Of a stretch of 64,000 bases of DNA, positions 50,701 through 61,001 are shown one piece after another. Position 1 is the stretch's first letter. The number at the start of each line of letters is the position of its first letter. The position numbers and the translations under genes were made by a program. Source of the stretch: Perkinsela sp. CCAP 1560/9 (taxonomy: Eukaryota > Protista > Euglenozoa: Kinetoplastea); contig CBFFSA010000001.1 in NCBI GenBank assembly GCA_965644495.1, positions 1 through 64,000 of the forward strand, in the 5' to 3' direction. The notes beneath the pieces are model-generated. The model saw only the letters and a program-made list of their open reading frames with translations, did not search any database and was not told the origin of the DNA.

Positions 50701-53700
50701 TGGCACCTTGAACGCAGAAATACTTGCAGCGGTTTGTCCCGAATATTTTCGATATGACGAAGCATCTCAGACTCTTAGCTGCTTGGCTTCAGAGGAAAAA
50801 TCTAGTGATACACCCACAACGCTATCCACGTTTGGTAGTTTTGTTGATAAACTATCGATACCACGCGCTCCCGAGCCTTCCGATAAAGCATCTAGCAGTT
50901 CACCCTCAAAGGTCGACACTACGAGTGCGCATGAAACTAGAGGATCAGTGATAAATATTGATGCATCAGAAGAGCTTAACCAGAGCTACATTCCCCAGGA
51001 AGCCGCAAGGCCAATTGACTATGACACCACCCCTTGGAATGGTACTTGGCTATATCGGGAGCTCTATTCTGCGTATCATAACTTACTTGTGCTAAAGCAT
51101 ATAGCGAAACTTTATGAAGACACTCGGTCGACTAATCGGCTCAATGGAGAGAACCCACTAGTCTTCTTGAGTATTTCGAAACTCAAAAACACGTTTTCCC
51201 CAGAGCTTAATCAATTTGTTGCTCGAGTTTGGCATGGCGACATCATATCTTTATTGAAATCATTCTCGGAATGTGTCGTTGTAGACAGGGCGTCCGAAAC
51301 CATCTCTCTGTGCGAATCAGCAAGATATAACCGTAGAAAATACGATGTACAGGCTGCAATTTTGGAGAAATACATACCTGTGGTCGGGTGGATTCGAATC
51401 TCCTCTTTGGAACCTCTTTTCTTAGGTTTGCGCGTGCAGAAGATCGTGGAAGAAATTGAATTGAACAGGATACACAGCGACAAGTACCGTATCGATGTTG
51501 TACAACCCGGCAATTATTCTGTGATCTCCCGTCGAATTTGGGGAGATTTTCAGACGCAGACTACGCCGCAGCGACTGATAGCAGACGATATTTTCCCTTT
51601 ACAGGCAATTACTGTGCTCAATGAGGTAATTGCAGCAGTTCCTGAATATTGGGTTCCTGTGCACGAAGTCCTGAAGCGACTTCCTAGGCATGTTAAATCG
51701 GCATTAGAAATTGTGACACTTTCGCGACTGATGCAGGTTTTTGCACCCCATCGCTTTCTGCTCGTCTCTTCATACTTAGAATTTGGTGAAAGACCCAAAA
51801 TAGGAGACGCAAATCGCATACCAAATAAATTCCCTGGTGATTCGAAACCTACCAGGCGGCACCTTATTCGACGCTGTCCTTCAGATGATGTTCATGAAAA
51901 GATGGTAAAGAAAAGTCCCACTGTTTACCCCTTTCCTCCGTGTTCGTACGTTTATCACAAGTTCGATCTAGTTGAAACTAATGTTTGGTATCTTGCAGTG
52001 GCTTTATCTGAATACAGCTGCCCCATAAGCACGGAGAAAATGCTTCAAGAACTCCCTGTTGATCTTGTTCGATGGCTTAGAGATCATTGCCCCTTTACCA
52101 TGTGTTCCTTGGCTGAGATGTATCCCTCGCTGTTTGAGTGCGTGTCGGAAGAGGAAACGAAGTCTACGAATTCGGGTATCGATGTGATGGATCATGGCCT
52201 GAGCCAACAAGCGAAGAAGTCTTCAGAGTCTGCATTCGGCAACCTATTTCGCGTAGCCGCAAGGTGTGGAAAGGTCCTAAAACTCTACGATACTAAAACG
52301 GCGAGTACTACGTGTACTTCTTTCGAGAAAAAATCACGAACGGATCGCTTAGCCCGACTTGCGACGCACTCCTTATTGAAGGAAATTTGGAACCGACTAT
52401 CACCAGAGTTGTGGACAACTCTGCCGAAAGATATTTCTCTAAAAATACTGCACGGTAGGTCCTTCGGTAATTTCACTCCACCCCGTGGAGGAAGGCGCTA
52501 CCCTGTTGGTTCCTCATCAGACACAGACCGCTTCAGAAAGCAAGCTTCGTTTCAAAGCCACAGCCTAGAGAGCCGCAGCTGTTTCCCAAGAAACTCCAAT
52601 TCCACAATAAAGTACACTGCTTCACCGCCTGCTGTAAATCGTTTTTCTCTATTTGGGCAGAACAATGCCCCCGTTTCACACAAGGTGCAAAAGAATTCTG
52701 CAGGTCACGTCCTGAAGTACCCGAATTCAACGGACCATATACCCCATTCAAACAAAAGTGTGACACGGGAAGAAAACCGGACAGAACCTCTGACACGTCT
52801 AAATAGTACACGAAGAACTGTTGTTGAGACGCCACGATCCAGCGGAAATGAAGACTTCTTCAATAAAGTTGAACCGCACACGTACAGATCAGTTGTTATC
52901 CCTCCCAGTACCGTAACGGATGCAAAGCCTCGGATAGACAAAGTCAAACCTTGGATAAGCGAAGAGAAATCTCAAATTAGCCAAGGGGAACCTCGCGCCA
53001 GTCAAGAGACACCTCGGATGAACGAAGAGGGAACTCCAACAGCAAAGCGTGAAAGCATAGCGTGGTCAGGCGCCGTGCTTGCACAAGCCGGAACACTTGC
53101 TACAAAACGGATCAATCTCCTTTCGTTGGTTATTAAAAAGGTATCTAAACTAGCTTGCGATGAAGACGAAGACTTTGGGATTGATTTGCATTCAAACGAC
53201 TTCTCGAGGTACATCAACTCTAAAAAATTATGGAAGATGGTCCCTACGAGCGCACATCACTACATTGACAATTACTGGAGCGGTTCATTTGAAAACTTTC
53301 TTTTAAGACATCATCGTATTCTAGTTCTGAAACCAAAAATAAACTCTACCATACCACATGACGAAAATCAAGTTTGGTTAAGACCACTGCATACCCGTAT
53401 GCACAATTCCAAAATATGTACGACCTCTTACTTTTCTTACGTCTTGCGCCTCTTCGTTCCGGAGATCGGGTGGACTCATCTAAAATCAATACTTCCTCTG
53501 TTTCACGGAGTCGATGAATCTCAAGTACAGGAACAGATAGAAAAAGACAAGACCCTTCGCGGTGCGTATCATTCGAAAAAGTCGGGTGAAAACTATTTTT
53601 TAAGAAAGAAAACATGGTACGTGCATGACACGGTTCCAGGAACACCATTTACCTTGACGCTTGAACTCTACGAGTTGATGAACGCGTTATATATTCTCCT

Positions 53701-56700
53701 ACCGAGCTACTACGTACCACTAGAGGAACTTATTTCCCAGTTCACAACGAAAGAAATGACTCTGTTTCTTACAGTCAAACCCTATCGGCTTCTTCAATGG
53801 ATGTCAGGATCTGGAAATGCGTGTCTTATATCCTGGATATCATTTTCCTACAGAAAGTCCAATCAAGATTGTAACCGTAAAGCTTTGGAAAGCAAACATC
53901 CTTTAAGCGAGAAGGGAGATACTGTGCAATCCTTCTTTGTGCGTCGATCTGCCCCAATTTCAAACGTTTTGTATCCTTCGTGCATGGCTCATTACGCTGG
54001 ATATAATGACCTATCCTTGCGAAGCGTAGAACTTGCAATTTATATGTGCTTTGCTACAATCCTGAAATCCGAAGATGAACGCGAGGTACTGCTCTCAAGT
54101 TCTGATAATCATTTTCTTTCTGCCTTATCTCCAGCCATGAGCGTGGGTGACATCATCGAAATCTTGCCTGAAACGCTCAAATATTGGATGCTATATGAAT
54201 GTCCATTCGAGCCCCATACCTTTTTCCGAATGACAACATCTTTGTTCGAAGCATACAGCGTAGACTGTGGATCAGATGTCACATCGCAGGCGGATCATGA
54301 GGGTGAGGATGAGAGTCCGATCAAAAAAAAAACTGTTGGTTCCGATCCTGATCAAAATTTGAAGGAAGTGCCTAAGAAGGGGATATGGTATAGCGGTCCT
54401 CAGTATAGAAGCCGAGTGCACGCCATGTTGAGCGCGGAAGAACTGCGAACTCTTTTTCATGATATACTGAATCTCGTAAGGGAATCGAACGAGACTTCTC
54501 GAAACGTGCGCGAAGGTTTATGTTCTATTGTATTACAAGAACCGATTTCCATCCGGTATCGCACTATGACTGGTGAGATAAGCTCTCGGTGGACGAGTGC
54601 TCTATACGAGGAAGGTGAAGAAGCTTTCGAGGATGCTACAAACCCCTTTTCTGCAGAAAATGAGCCGTGTGGGACGCATCATTATTTCGTCAATGTAGCG
54701 GTACCCTCGAACAATCCATATTTTGTTAAAATACACGAACGCTTCTCACTTTCTCCAACACCCAACGATCGGTTTCCATTTTCCGACGCTGCCACTGCAG
54801 ACAATAGAAAGAAAGGTAACGTTATTCGCTTTGCATGTCCGGAATGGGAACCCGCATCTAATGGCACACTACAAGAGCGGGAGCTCATTTTGGAGACATT
54901 CTTACAGGATTTTGGATACAACAGTGCCTCACCACAACATGAATATCACCGCGTTGAACACTCAAACAGTACAGCTCTTCGTGGAAGCAGTGAAGTGCAG
55001 AAAACAATCGTCAGGCAACTTTTATGTCGACCCGACCGGCTTAGTGCGGAGTATATCGCAGAAGTCCTAGAAGATAATGCAACTCGCTTGAAACTAGCAG
55101 TATGGCTGCAAAACGCGGTAATTCAATCTAGAAAGAAACGTAAAACGCAAGAGAAAAGGACCAAGAAAAATCTATTAAAACAGCCAAGGAATTCGATCAA
55201 TGGCATGGAACTCAATATGCCGAAAGAAATGGAGAAATATTTTGATTCGTCGTGGGACTCATCCGCTGAGAAGTTCGTTGCCGCGCACTCCTTCGTTTTT
55301 GACTATAATGCAGAGAAGGGGTCTGTGCGACTGCACCCTTACAGCGATGACCAACTGTTCAGCATCTTGGACTCTTTTGTCCCTATCGTAGGATGGTTTT
55401 CGTGCAGGGATCTCGAATGTCTCATACAAGTGTGTCAAACAGGAAAACAACAGGAATCTGCATCGATTCATTTAAACAATATTGTTGATGAACACCCGAT
55501 CTTGAAGAGATCCCACATGGTTTTGCACCATTGCAATGACAGGTATATTGGTCGCAAAGATTGGGGGATTACACGCGAACGTTTCCCTGTTTCGGAATTC
55601 AGGAACAAAAATTCTTTGTTAATGCTTGAGCTAAAATTTACCGATGCCATGGCACTGGCGGCGCCGTCCTACTGGGTTCCTCTGACGTTGACTTTAACTC
55701 GATTACCCCCGGCAGCCCTTGAGCTCATCAAAGAGAGAAACATTGCGAGCCTTCTAAACTGTTACGCCCCTTATCGTTATTTTGAACTTCGCTGCTGCCC
55801 GCTTATTCACCCCACCACAAATGAGGTCACCGAGGTAGTTTATATCCGGCGTTCCCTCCATAACAACCCTCTGATGGCATGTTCCGAACGTTACAGGTCG
55901 TTTCACAGCCTTCCCACCCGAGTAGCACAAATTTCATGGTGTCTATCCGACCAGCTCACCCCGCTACGTCTTAAGGAGATTGCCGAGCTCCTGCCTATGG
56001 AGCTCGCACGTTGGATAGAACACGAATGCCCCTACACCTTTGTAACCCTCGCACGGCTTTTTCCACAGCTTCTTGAGACCATCACAGATTATGAGGACTC
56101 CCTAAGTTCTCATGGAACACCCATTCACCGGTATAGAAGTTCGCTCGTCTCTTCATTTAATGATTCACAAGAGGAGCTGCCGGAAAGCGCAACAACAACA
56201 AGAATAACAACAACGTCTTCCTCAGCCATGCCTTCTCCTCATTATTTCGATGATCAAATGGTCCTCAGCAACGTCCCGAAAACATGTGAGGAAAACAAAG
56301 AGGCTATTCTCCAGTTCAGTACGCATTTTCATTTCGCCATGAAAATGTCTTCCCCCCAAGGGGTAGGCACGGGGCTTTATTTGGACCTCGCGAGAAGCAG
56401 CTGCGGGCACGTCACGTTGGCCTATCAAAGGTGGAGGGAAGATTGTGGGGATTACGCAAGAAAGAGGGGGAAGTCGGAGAGCAGCATTCTGGAGAGAAGG
56501 GTATCCTCTGTGGGACTGCCGCGCGGGGAGAGTTCTTCGGATGATTTGGGAGGAGAGGAGGAGGAGCTCGAGGAGACAAGATTTAAAACGTTTGTGCAGT
56601 CCTTGAGGGAGAGCGTAGAACTGCCGCCTGGGTGGTCGTCGCAGGTAAAAGGGGATGAAAAGAGGTATGATTCACCCGGGGACCTTTCCAAGGAGGACTG

Positions 56701-57286
56701 GTTCTCGGGAACAGCTGAAATCGGGAAGATTGTCGATCATGGGGCCGATGTGACTCGACTTTCCAGTTGCTGGTTTTCGAAACGTGTGAAGCTTGCCCGT
56801 CGAAATACAACTCTTCACATCAGTGCTCGACTATTTTTACATACGGAGTGGGAATCAGAAGTGTTGGATCCCACTCCATTTGACGAGAGTGCTCGTTTTA
56901 GGTGGACTAGAAATACCAATACAGAAAGATCATGTGAACATTGTGAATGGGATGAAATTCTACAGGAAGATACCTCTTTCGTAGTGAAGGCGGACAGCAT
57001 TCCCTTGACGACAGCTCCGTCTCAAAAGTTACTTCAGCGTTTATCGACCCATCTCTATCGATTTTCTTCGCTATTATCTGCGGCGCGGAACACTGCGACA
57101 GCCAACTTACTTATTTGTCCACACGAAAATCGCATGTCATGCGTTTCAGGTGGAACGAGGAACTTGGGAACGACCAAAACTCCTTCTGAGGAGGCTCTAG
57201 TGAATGATGACGATCGGACCCCGAAAAAAATCTACAAGACAAAAAGGAGCTCATCAAAGGAACGTAAAAAGAAAGCCCGAAAATAA
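47711..57286 (+). CDS. Giant 3191-aa protein with three diverged ~330-aa modules of small helical (OST-HTH/LOTUS-like) domains
   Basis: Single ORF with the recurring motif order W.g..e.f / (FY)(VI)P..GW / P.Y(WY)VP / (IV)RR / E.LP..L..W...CP(FY). Confidence 0.75.
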   Translation: MKLQRRRRFENSPSLQYFRGFLARTGFPWYSGCKLNLNETCDQYAADVDKSSYSAFEEVNSLANSQSFAVSGSDPFSSSPECTHRALPRIPKNTLIYWIRSLEPYARSTKSFCTKLENEWKSERSDTYLNQRKFPSRYNSRWSRHLHRKSIYERYLQLNVAQGALIKGNPKKPRINTMTRTNFLNADSSDSIDAGLESPRDVESTYGAYGTSMNLVYSEQKIALQGTDPKNMHRYLQGNEKYLSDDWLPCPEDSERQFCACFSGVRYYGCPVSHYQFLCPSPCAYHRMDEHFDDSQCATHNLFRCSTDCYQVKEESKAIIKERNQYLYDGSRIIGFRKILSECELQPTKLIQSHSQHLLGTRMSYNSYSPKETVSSQPKPPREKKGKKTSDSNIISSNKDRDGMAPSSGTNLISKASTERIIFENSSTVSPSVQEVRIPSSSRNDPKPSIDVNEESKTNCEGVSKKSCINSKYTYHRNANLFLQRVWARQFFLLLSRLFLSKRNGLSEVPTTYLIHEFVSLLSPLLCVKPCPSREVLSTVLQKLRLDELSSNVSSELVLFFLSELIELYHTFFSVCGNIWGEKTPSLSGGCVPDTDFHSVHVAFTMLFCIPLSGWAELDLIALFLLTMRELHSSATRNIEQPLDSHTDRTSITQEENQSEDSEEDVDVHWDYIFCDSGRKDKATFIPCTRYDEPTKKFLYLRARLFRFLRSHEIMRSSYCIDERLTKQGDSIVYICCRGWKENQSFFKPEVATTIDLANYNMSSVLSEIPSYWVPWSAVISRVASKLSPLPDSSLTKCIEILSSTPEWIMNTNGICMTQGAASNKDAVCQNSIICVVKVGKPGKLSDSKEKSLIFVKRNVFENDEHEEAQIRTLFHQEKCLRNLEKHHFRKVLDSNIQTGWKEITSPIFEVNKRLVMGWLRHNATVAPYLNYEGWNARIADLRNSIERLRRTPNIYGDKNGISASKMRRFLPFKVEKLPKHLQVWINFGNSVAIPAPGTLNAEILAAVCPEYFRYDEASQTLSCLASEEKSSDTPTTLSTFGSFVDKLSIPRAPEPSDKASSSSPSKVDTTSAHETRGSVINIDASEELNQSYIPQEAARPIDYDTTPWNGTWLYRELYSAYHNLLVLKHIAKLYEDTRSTNRLNGENPLVFLSISKLKNTFSPELNQFVARVWHGDIISLLKSFSECVVVDRASETISLCESARYNRRKYDVQAAILEKYIPVVGWIRISSLEPLFLGLRVQKIVEEIELNRIHSDKYRIDVVQPGNYSVISRRIWGDFQTQTTPQRLIADDIFPLQAITVLNEVIAAVPEYWVPVHEVLKRLPRHVKSALEIVTLSRLMQVFAPHRFLLVSSYLEFGERPKIGDANRIPNKFPGDSKPTRRHLIRRCPSDDVHEKMVKKSPTVYPFPPCSYVYHKFDLVETNVWYLAVALSEYSCPISTEKMLQELPVDLVRWLRDHCPFTMCSLAEMYPSLFECVSEEETKSTNSGIDVMDHGLSQQAKKSSESAFGNLFRVAARCGKVLKLYDTKTASTTCTSFEKKSRTDRLARLATHSLLKEIWNRLSPELWTTLPKDISLKILHGRSFGNFTPPRGGRRYPVGSSSDTDRFRKQASFQSHSLESRSCFPRNSNSTIKYTASPPAVNRFSLFGQNNAPVSHKVQKNSAGHVLKYPNSTDHIPHSNKSVTREENRTEPLTRLNSTRRTVVETPRSSGNEDFFNKVEPHTYRSVVIPPSTVTDAKPRIDKVKPWISEEKSQISQGEPRASQETPRMNEEGTPTAKRESIAWSGAVLAQAGTLATKRINLLSLVIKKVSKLACDEDEDFGIDLHSNDFSRYINSKKLWKMVPTSAHHYIDNYWSGSFENFLLRHHRILVLKPKINSTIPHDENQVWLRPLHTRMHNSKICTTSYFSYVLRLFVPEIGWTHLKSILPLFHGVDESQVQEQIEKDKTLRGAYHSKKSGENYFLRKKTWYVHDTVPGTPFTLTLELYELMNALYILLPSYYVPLEELISQFTTKEMTLFLTVKPYRLLQWMSGSGNACLISWISFSYRKSNQDCNRKALESKHPLSEKGDTVQSFFVRRSAPISNVLYPSCMAHYAGYNDLSLRSVELAIYMCFATILKSEDEREVLLSSSDNHFLSALSPAMSVGDIIEILPETLKYWMLYECPFEPHTFFRMTTSLFEAYSVDCGSDVTSQADHEGEDESPIKKKTVGSDPDQNLKEVPKKGIWYSGPQYRSRVHAMLSAEELRTLFHDILNLVRESNETSRNVREGLCSIVLQEPISIRYRTMTGEISSRWTSALYEEGEEAFEDATNPFSAENEPCGTHHYFVNVAVPSNNPYFVKIHERFSLSPTPNDRFPFSDAATADNRKKGNVIRFACPEWEPASNGTLQERELILETFLQDFGYNSASPQHEYHRVEHSNSTALRGSSEVQKTIVRQLLCRPDRLSAEYIAEVLEDNATRLKLAVWLQNAVIQSRKKRKTQEKRTKKNLLKQPRNSINGMELNMPKEMEKYFDSSWDSSAEKFVAAHSFVFDYNAEKGSVRLHPYSDDQLFSILDSFVPIVGWFSCRDLECLIQVCQTGKQQESASIHLNNIVDEHPILKRSHMVLHHCNDRYIGRKDWGITRERFPVSEFRNKNSLLMLELKFTDAMALAAPSYWVPLTLTLTRLPPAALELIKERNIASLLNCYAPYRYFELRCCPLIHPTTNEVTEVVYIRRSLHNNPLMACSERYRSFHSLPTRVAQISWCLSDQLTPLRLKEIAELLPMELARWIEHECPYTFVTLARLFPQLLETITDYEDSLSSHGTPIHRYRSSLVSSFNDSQEELPESATTTRITTTSSSAMPSPHYFDDQMVLSNVPKTCEENKEAILQFSTHFHFAMKMSSPQGVGTGLYLDLARSSCGHVTLAYQRWREDCGDYARKRGKSESSILERRVSSVGLPRGESSSDDLGGEEEELEETRFKTFVQSLRESVELPPGWSSQVKGDEKRYDSPGDLSKEDWFSGTAEIGKIVDHGADVTRLSSCWFSKRVKLARRNTTLHISARLFLHTEWESEVLDPTPFDESARFRWTRNTNTERSCEHCEWDEILQEDTSFVVKADSIPLTTAPSQKLLQRLSTHLYRFSSLLSAARNTATANLLICPHENRMSCVSGGTRNLGTTKTPSEEALVNDDDRTPKKIYKTKRSSSKERKKKARK

Positions 57287-57501
57287 GCAACTGCGGCGCC
57301 TGTATCTTGAAAACCTTATGGTGTCAAGAGAGGGTGAGCGTTTCCTGTGCATTTTGTATTATAAGTGATGTTTTTTTATTATAAGAATTTGTGATAAAGC
57401 ACTCACCACCTAAATATTTCAGAATGAAAAATAAATGATCTAGTAGTAAATGACACATCTGTTTAGTGCACAACTCTTGTTACTTACTTATTTTCCTTCT
57501 C

Positions 57502-58560
57502 ATGATTCAGGGCAGAATTTATTCGCCATGTGTTCTCATCATGCATGAGCCATCATTTTCTTTTTTGTATCATACATCACGATCCAGATCTCCTGTGATT
57601 CCTCGCTGGTTCAACACGTCTAAAAGGTACTTTACCGGAACGAGTGCTAACGGTCAAGATAAATGCAATTCTCTGTCAACTCACGTGTCGAACATTTCAT
57701 TATGCAGAGCAGACATATTTCCTGTTCCACACAACTTTTTCACCTTGACACCGTACATGCGTTTTACAGCCGACTATCTGGTGAGTGCTTCAATAAAATA
57801 TGGACATCACACTCATTTGTGGATCAATCCTGAACAGTTACAGTCATTATCTTACCGACTGAGAATGCTTCGAAGCACTGTGACGGGCCACACAGGCCAA
57901 CTTCGGGACTTACTATCTCGAAATATCTCATTTCTTTTTGGTTCTTCCACGAAAATCAACAAAGAAGACAAAATTGACAAAAAGACCACAAAAAACGTGC
58001 CGGAGCCCGATGCTGATTCCTCAAAATCCGAACACCACACCGTGCGAGTACCTGATGTAGAAGAACTAGATTTTCCAGAATCTGAACTAGAGATCTGCGC
58101 GGGTGAATTAGGGAGAAGCAGCGATGATTTGGTTCCATATTTAAAGCGGTTAACCGAAATCCGTTTGTACAACATTTCGCAGCTATCTGAGCCAAAATGG
58201 CTAATGGATTTGCTTTACCTTCGTCTACAGGATGTAAAGGATAATCCATCGTCTGAGAATGCATATCAGGATCAAATTGAGAATATCCTGAATAAGTACT
58301 GTCCGATTTTGGCTTCTGAAAAAGCGAATGATACAGCAAAGCAATGCAGTGAAAGTGTACAGGAGGAAATGGCAAGTGATTGCGAAGACACTGCGGCAAT
58401 TTTGGAGCATGCTGACGTCAATACAGTTACAGTTTTACAAAAAGGTATCATGTGTAATGCAGAGGCAACAGAATCCTGCTCAAAATCAGAAAGAAGAGAA
58501 GTCAAGCCCGACCCTTTTGAAAAGGAGATCACTTTCGCAGATCTGTGGATCTCAGACTGA
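57502..58560 (+). CDS. Tc-38/p38-like (ArdC-N-related) kinetoplastid nucleic-acid-binding protein
   Basis: PHNFFTLTPY...LVSASIKYGHHTHLWINPEQL and RLYNISQL. Arg/Ser-rich presequence-like N-terminus (alternative start 57541). Confidence 0.55.
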   Translation: MIQGRIYSPCVLIMHEPSFSFLYHTSRSRSPVIPRWFNTSKRYFTGTSANGQDKCNSLSTHVSNISLCRADIFPVPHNFFTLTPYMRFTADYLVSASIKYGHHTHLWINPEQLQSLSYRLRMLRSTVTGHTGQLRDLLSRNISFLFGSSTKINKEDKIDKKTTKNVPEPDADSSKSEHHTVRVPDVEELDFPESELEICAGELGRSSDDLVPYLKRLTEIRLYNISQLSEPKWLMDLLYLRLQDVKDNPSSENAYQDQIENILNKYCPILASEKANDTAKQCSESVQEEMASDCEDTAAILEHADVNTVTVLQKGIMCNAEATESCSKSERREVKPDPFEKEITFADLWISD

Positions 58561-58896
58561 GTAATGACCACGCTGGTGTATACGGGCATCTAGCGCCCAC
58601 GGGTCCATCCTTACAACACAAGATGCTCTAGATCAAAATTGCAGGACCGATTTTATAGACCCTTGCTATAGACGATTAGAAACCACTAGAAATTAGAATC
58701 TCCCCCTCCTTGCAAATGAAGACGTACTTCTTAGAAATGGATGACTGTGGATTCAAAGAAGAAAAGTTACCTCTCGGTCTTTGTTGACGTTTTTTGCACT
58801 TCCTTTATTTTCTTGCCCTTTCCTACTATCCCCCCCCAGTTAAGCGCAACCAGGTTTTGGCCTAAAATTGCGCATAAGTAGTCGGGTCAAAGAAAA

Positions 58897-60619
58897 CTAC
58901 CTACTGTACATGGGAACTCCGTCAAGTATTGATGTGCAGAGAACAAAGTGTGGTTCACGGACCAAAAAGCGTCGCTCTGTTTCAGCAAGGTTGCCTGCAA
59001 TGTCAGATGCATTCAACGCAGGCCGAATAAACTTTTTCCACACGTGCGTAGAGGAATAATGTTTACCCAAATATGGTATGAGAACGTCAGCTGTTTGCTC
59101 GTGCGTTAGATTCAAATGCAGCATCGTAAGTGCATTAAAAACTTGAACATTAGTGCAATTAAGCCGAGACACAAGTTGCGAAATAACTTCCGGGGAATAT
59201 CCAGTAAATCCATGTGCAACGTTAGACCAAGGAAGAAGGCAAATCTGTGACATCGTGAAGATATAAAGCTAATAAATGCCATAAATTATAGGAAGAAATA
59301 GAAAAATAGAGTACACAAACATAGGATGATAGAAATATAGTAGGAAACGTAGAAATACATTGAGACAAAAGTATGAGCTTACGTTACGTTCTTCATTTCC
59401 CGCTTTCTTTACTGTACTATGCGTTCAAATTTATTGTAATTCCATAGGATCGTAAGACTTTCGCTTCTTCACCGTCATTCCTTCCCCATGGACTTCACCC
59501 ATGCTTTCAGTCGTCTGGTTGATACTCAGAATTTCAAGATAGATCACTTTTTTCCGTAGAGCAAGTACTTCATCCCGCAATTCTCCGACCTNNNNNNNNN
59601 NNNNNNNNNNNNNNNNNNNNNNNNNNNNNNNNNNNNNNNNNNNNNNNNNNNNNNNNNNNNNNNNNNNNNNNNNNNNNNNNNNNNNNNNNNNNNNNNNNNN
59701 NNNNNNNNNNNNNNNNNNNNNNNNNNNNNNNNNNNNNNNNNNNNNNNNNNNNNNNNNNNNNNNNNNNNNNNNNNNNNNNNNNNNNNNNNNNTTGTACATG
59801 CTTACTTCTTACAAATGAACTCATGCACGGCCTTGCTTCAAATTTACTAAAACTTGAAACAATGCATCACCCCCACTACACTTAAAACTTCCGGTGCATA
59901 CCTCTGCTTATGCTTGTATTCGGTACCCTTCTTTTTCAGCTTCCGACCTGGAACAATACTGTCCCGCTTCAGACGCTTTTTAGCCATGGAGTTAGCGCAC
60001 TCCATAGTGCACGCCTTCAGTTGTAATCCACTGTCTTTGGTGGCTAACACTTTCGCGTAGAGATAAATCGTGACGGGTGTCAGATAGAATTTTTATGCGA
60101 CTTCCTGAAGCAAGATTCTCGATGTTTGGAGAAGAGGATTCTTGAACGTTCTATTCGGACCAGAGTCCATGCAGATAATTCGTGGTTCTTCTATTATCTC
60201 AATGGTTCTTGTAACATATCACTTTCTGCGCCACTGGAGAGTGCTTTCGCATCCTTTTAAGACATTGATTCTCACCCCTGGAGGACATTTTTCTAATGAT
60301 AATTATTGAACGACAACCTTAACGCATCCAGTGCGCGTCATTAAAAGGTGAGAAGATAAAGAAGCACAAACGAATTCAAAAAACACACCGTTTATATAAA
60401 ATTAATGTACACAAACACAATTCATCATAAAAAAGGGGCAGAAAAAAGTTCAAATAAACTTTTTTTTTACCAGAAATGAGAAAAGTGCGAATATTGGTTC
60501 AGTTTTCACAAAATGCCCCTTCTTGAAGCCGTGGCACGCCTCCCAAAGTAACCCTCCCAAAATAGGTGTCCAGGCAAAACCTGGCAAAACCCGGCAAAAC
60601 CTGACAGGTTTCAACCCTC
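58897..60619 (-). pseudogene. 5' half of a PIF/Harbinger(ISL2EU)-like element with a transposase fragment
   Basis: TIR GAGGGTTGAAACC (same as 46022) ends at 60619 next to TGA. FTGYSPEV..VFNALTMLHLNLTHEQTADV (HTH-like)..CTSILDGVPM (first catalytic D). Interrupted by stops and an assembly gap. Confidence 0.65.
59592..59791. other. Assembly gap (200 N)
   Basis: Run of n characters. Confidence 1.
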
Positions 60620-61001
60620 TGAGGAACATTTTCAAAAAAATCGCTGTTCACAGTACATTTTCACCATACATTCTCTGATGAACAGTACAGTATAGTACAG
60701 TACTCTGATGTTCCTCTGATGAACAGTACAGTATAGTTTGCAAAGACTCGCCGTACAGATCGGTGGAGGTCAGTGTGGATCAGAGGAGATCGATGGAGAT
60801 CGATGAAGATCATTTTTGAACGTCCAAAGGGACTACCTGCAGACTCTCCATTTCAATAGTGGCGAAAATTGGTACAAAATTTCGTACCACAAAAAAAGAT
60901 CGCGCCGCTTTGCGGCGCTGTTCTTCTGAACGATGCGTCAAAATTGCGCTTAAGTGGCCGGGTCAAACGGTTGCGCATAAGTAGGGGGGGAAGTAATATT
61001 A

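Larger units (their letters stand above)
58826..60993. mobile_element. TA-flanked element (family F) enclosing a Harbinger-type remnant
   Basis: CTATCCCCCCCAGTTAAGCGCAACC ... GGTTGCGCATAAGTAGGGGGGGAAG; TA on both sides. Confidence 0.75.

Noticed and set aside
59431-59824. ORFs spanning the N-run
   Set aside because: Artefacts of the 200-N gap.
14829-60619. Stop-codon reassignment suggested by in-frame stops
   Set aside because: Stops occur only in TE remnants together with frameshifts; host genes end normally in TAA, TAG or TGA.
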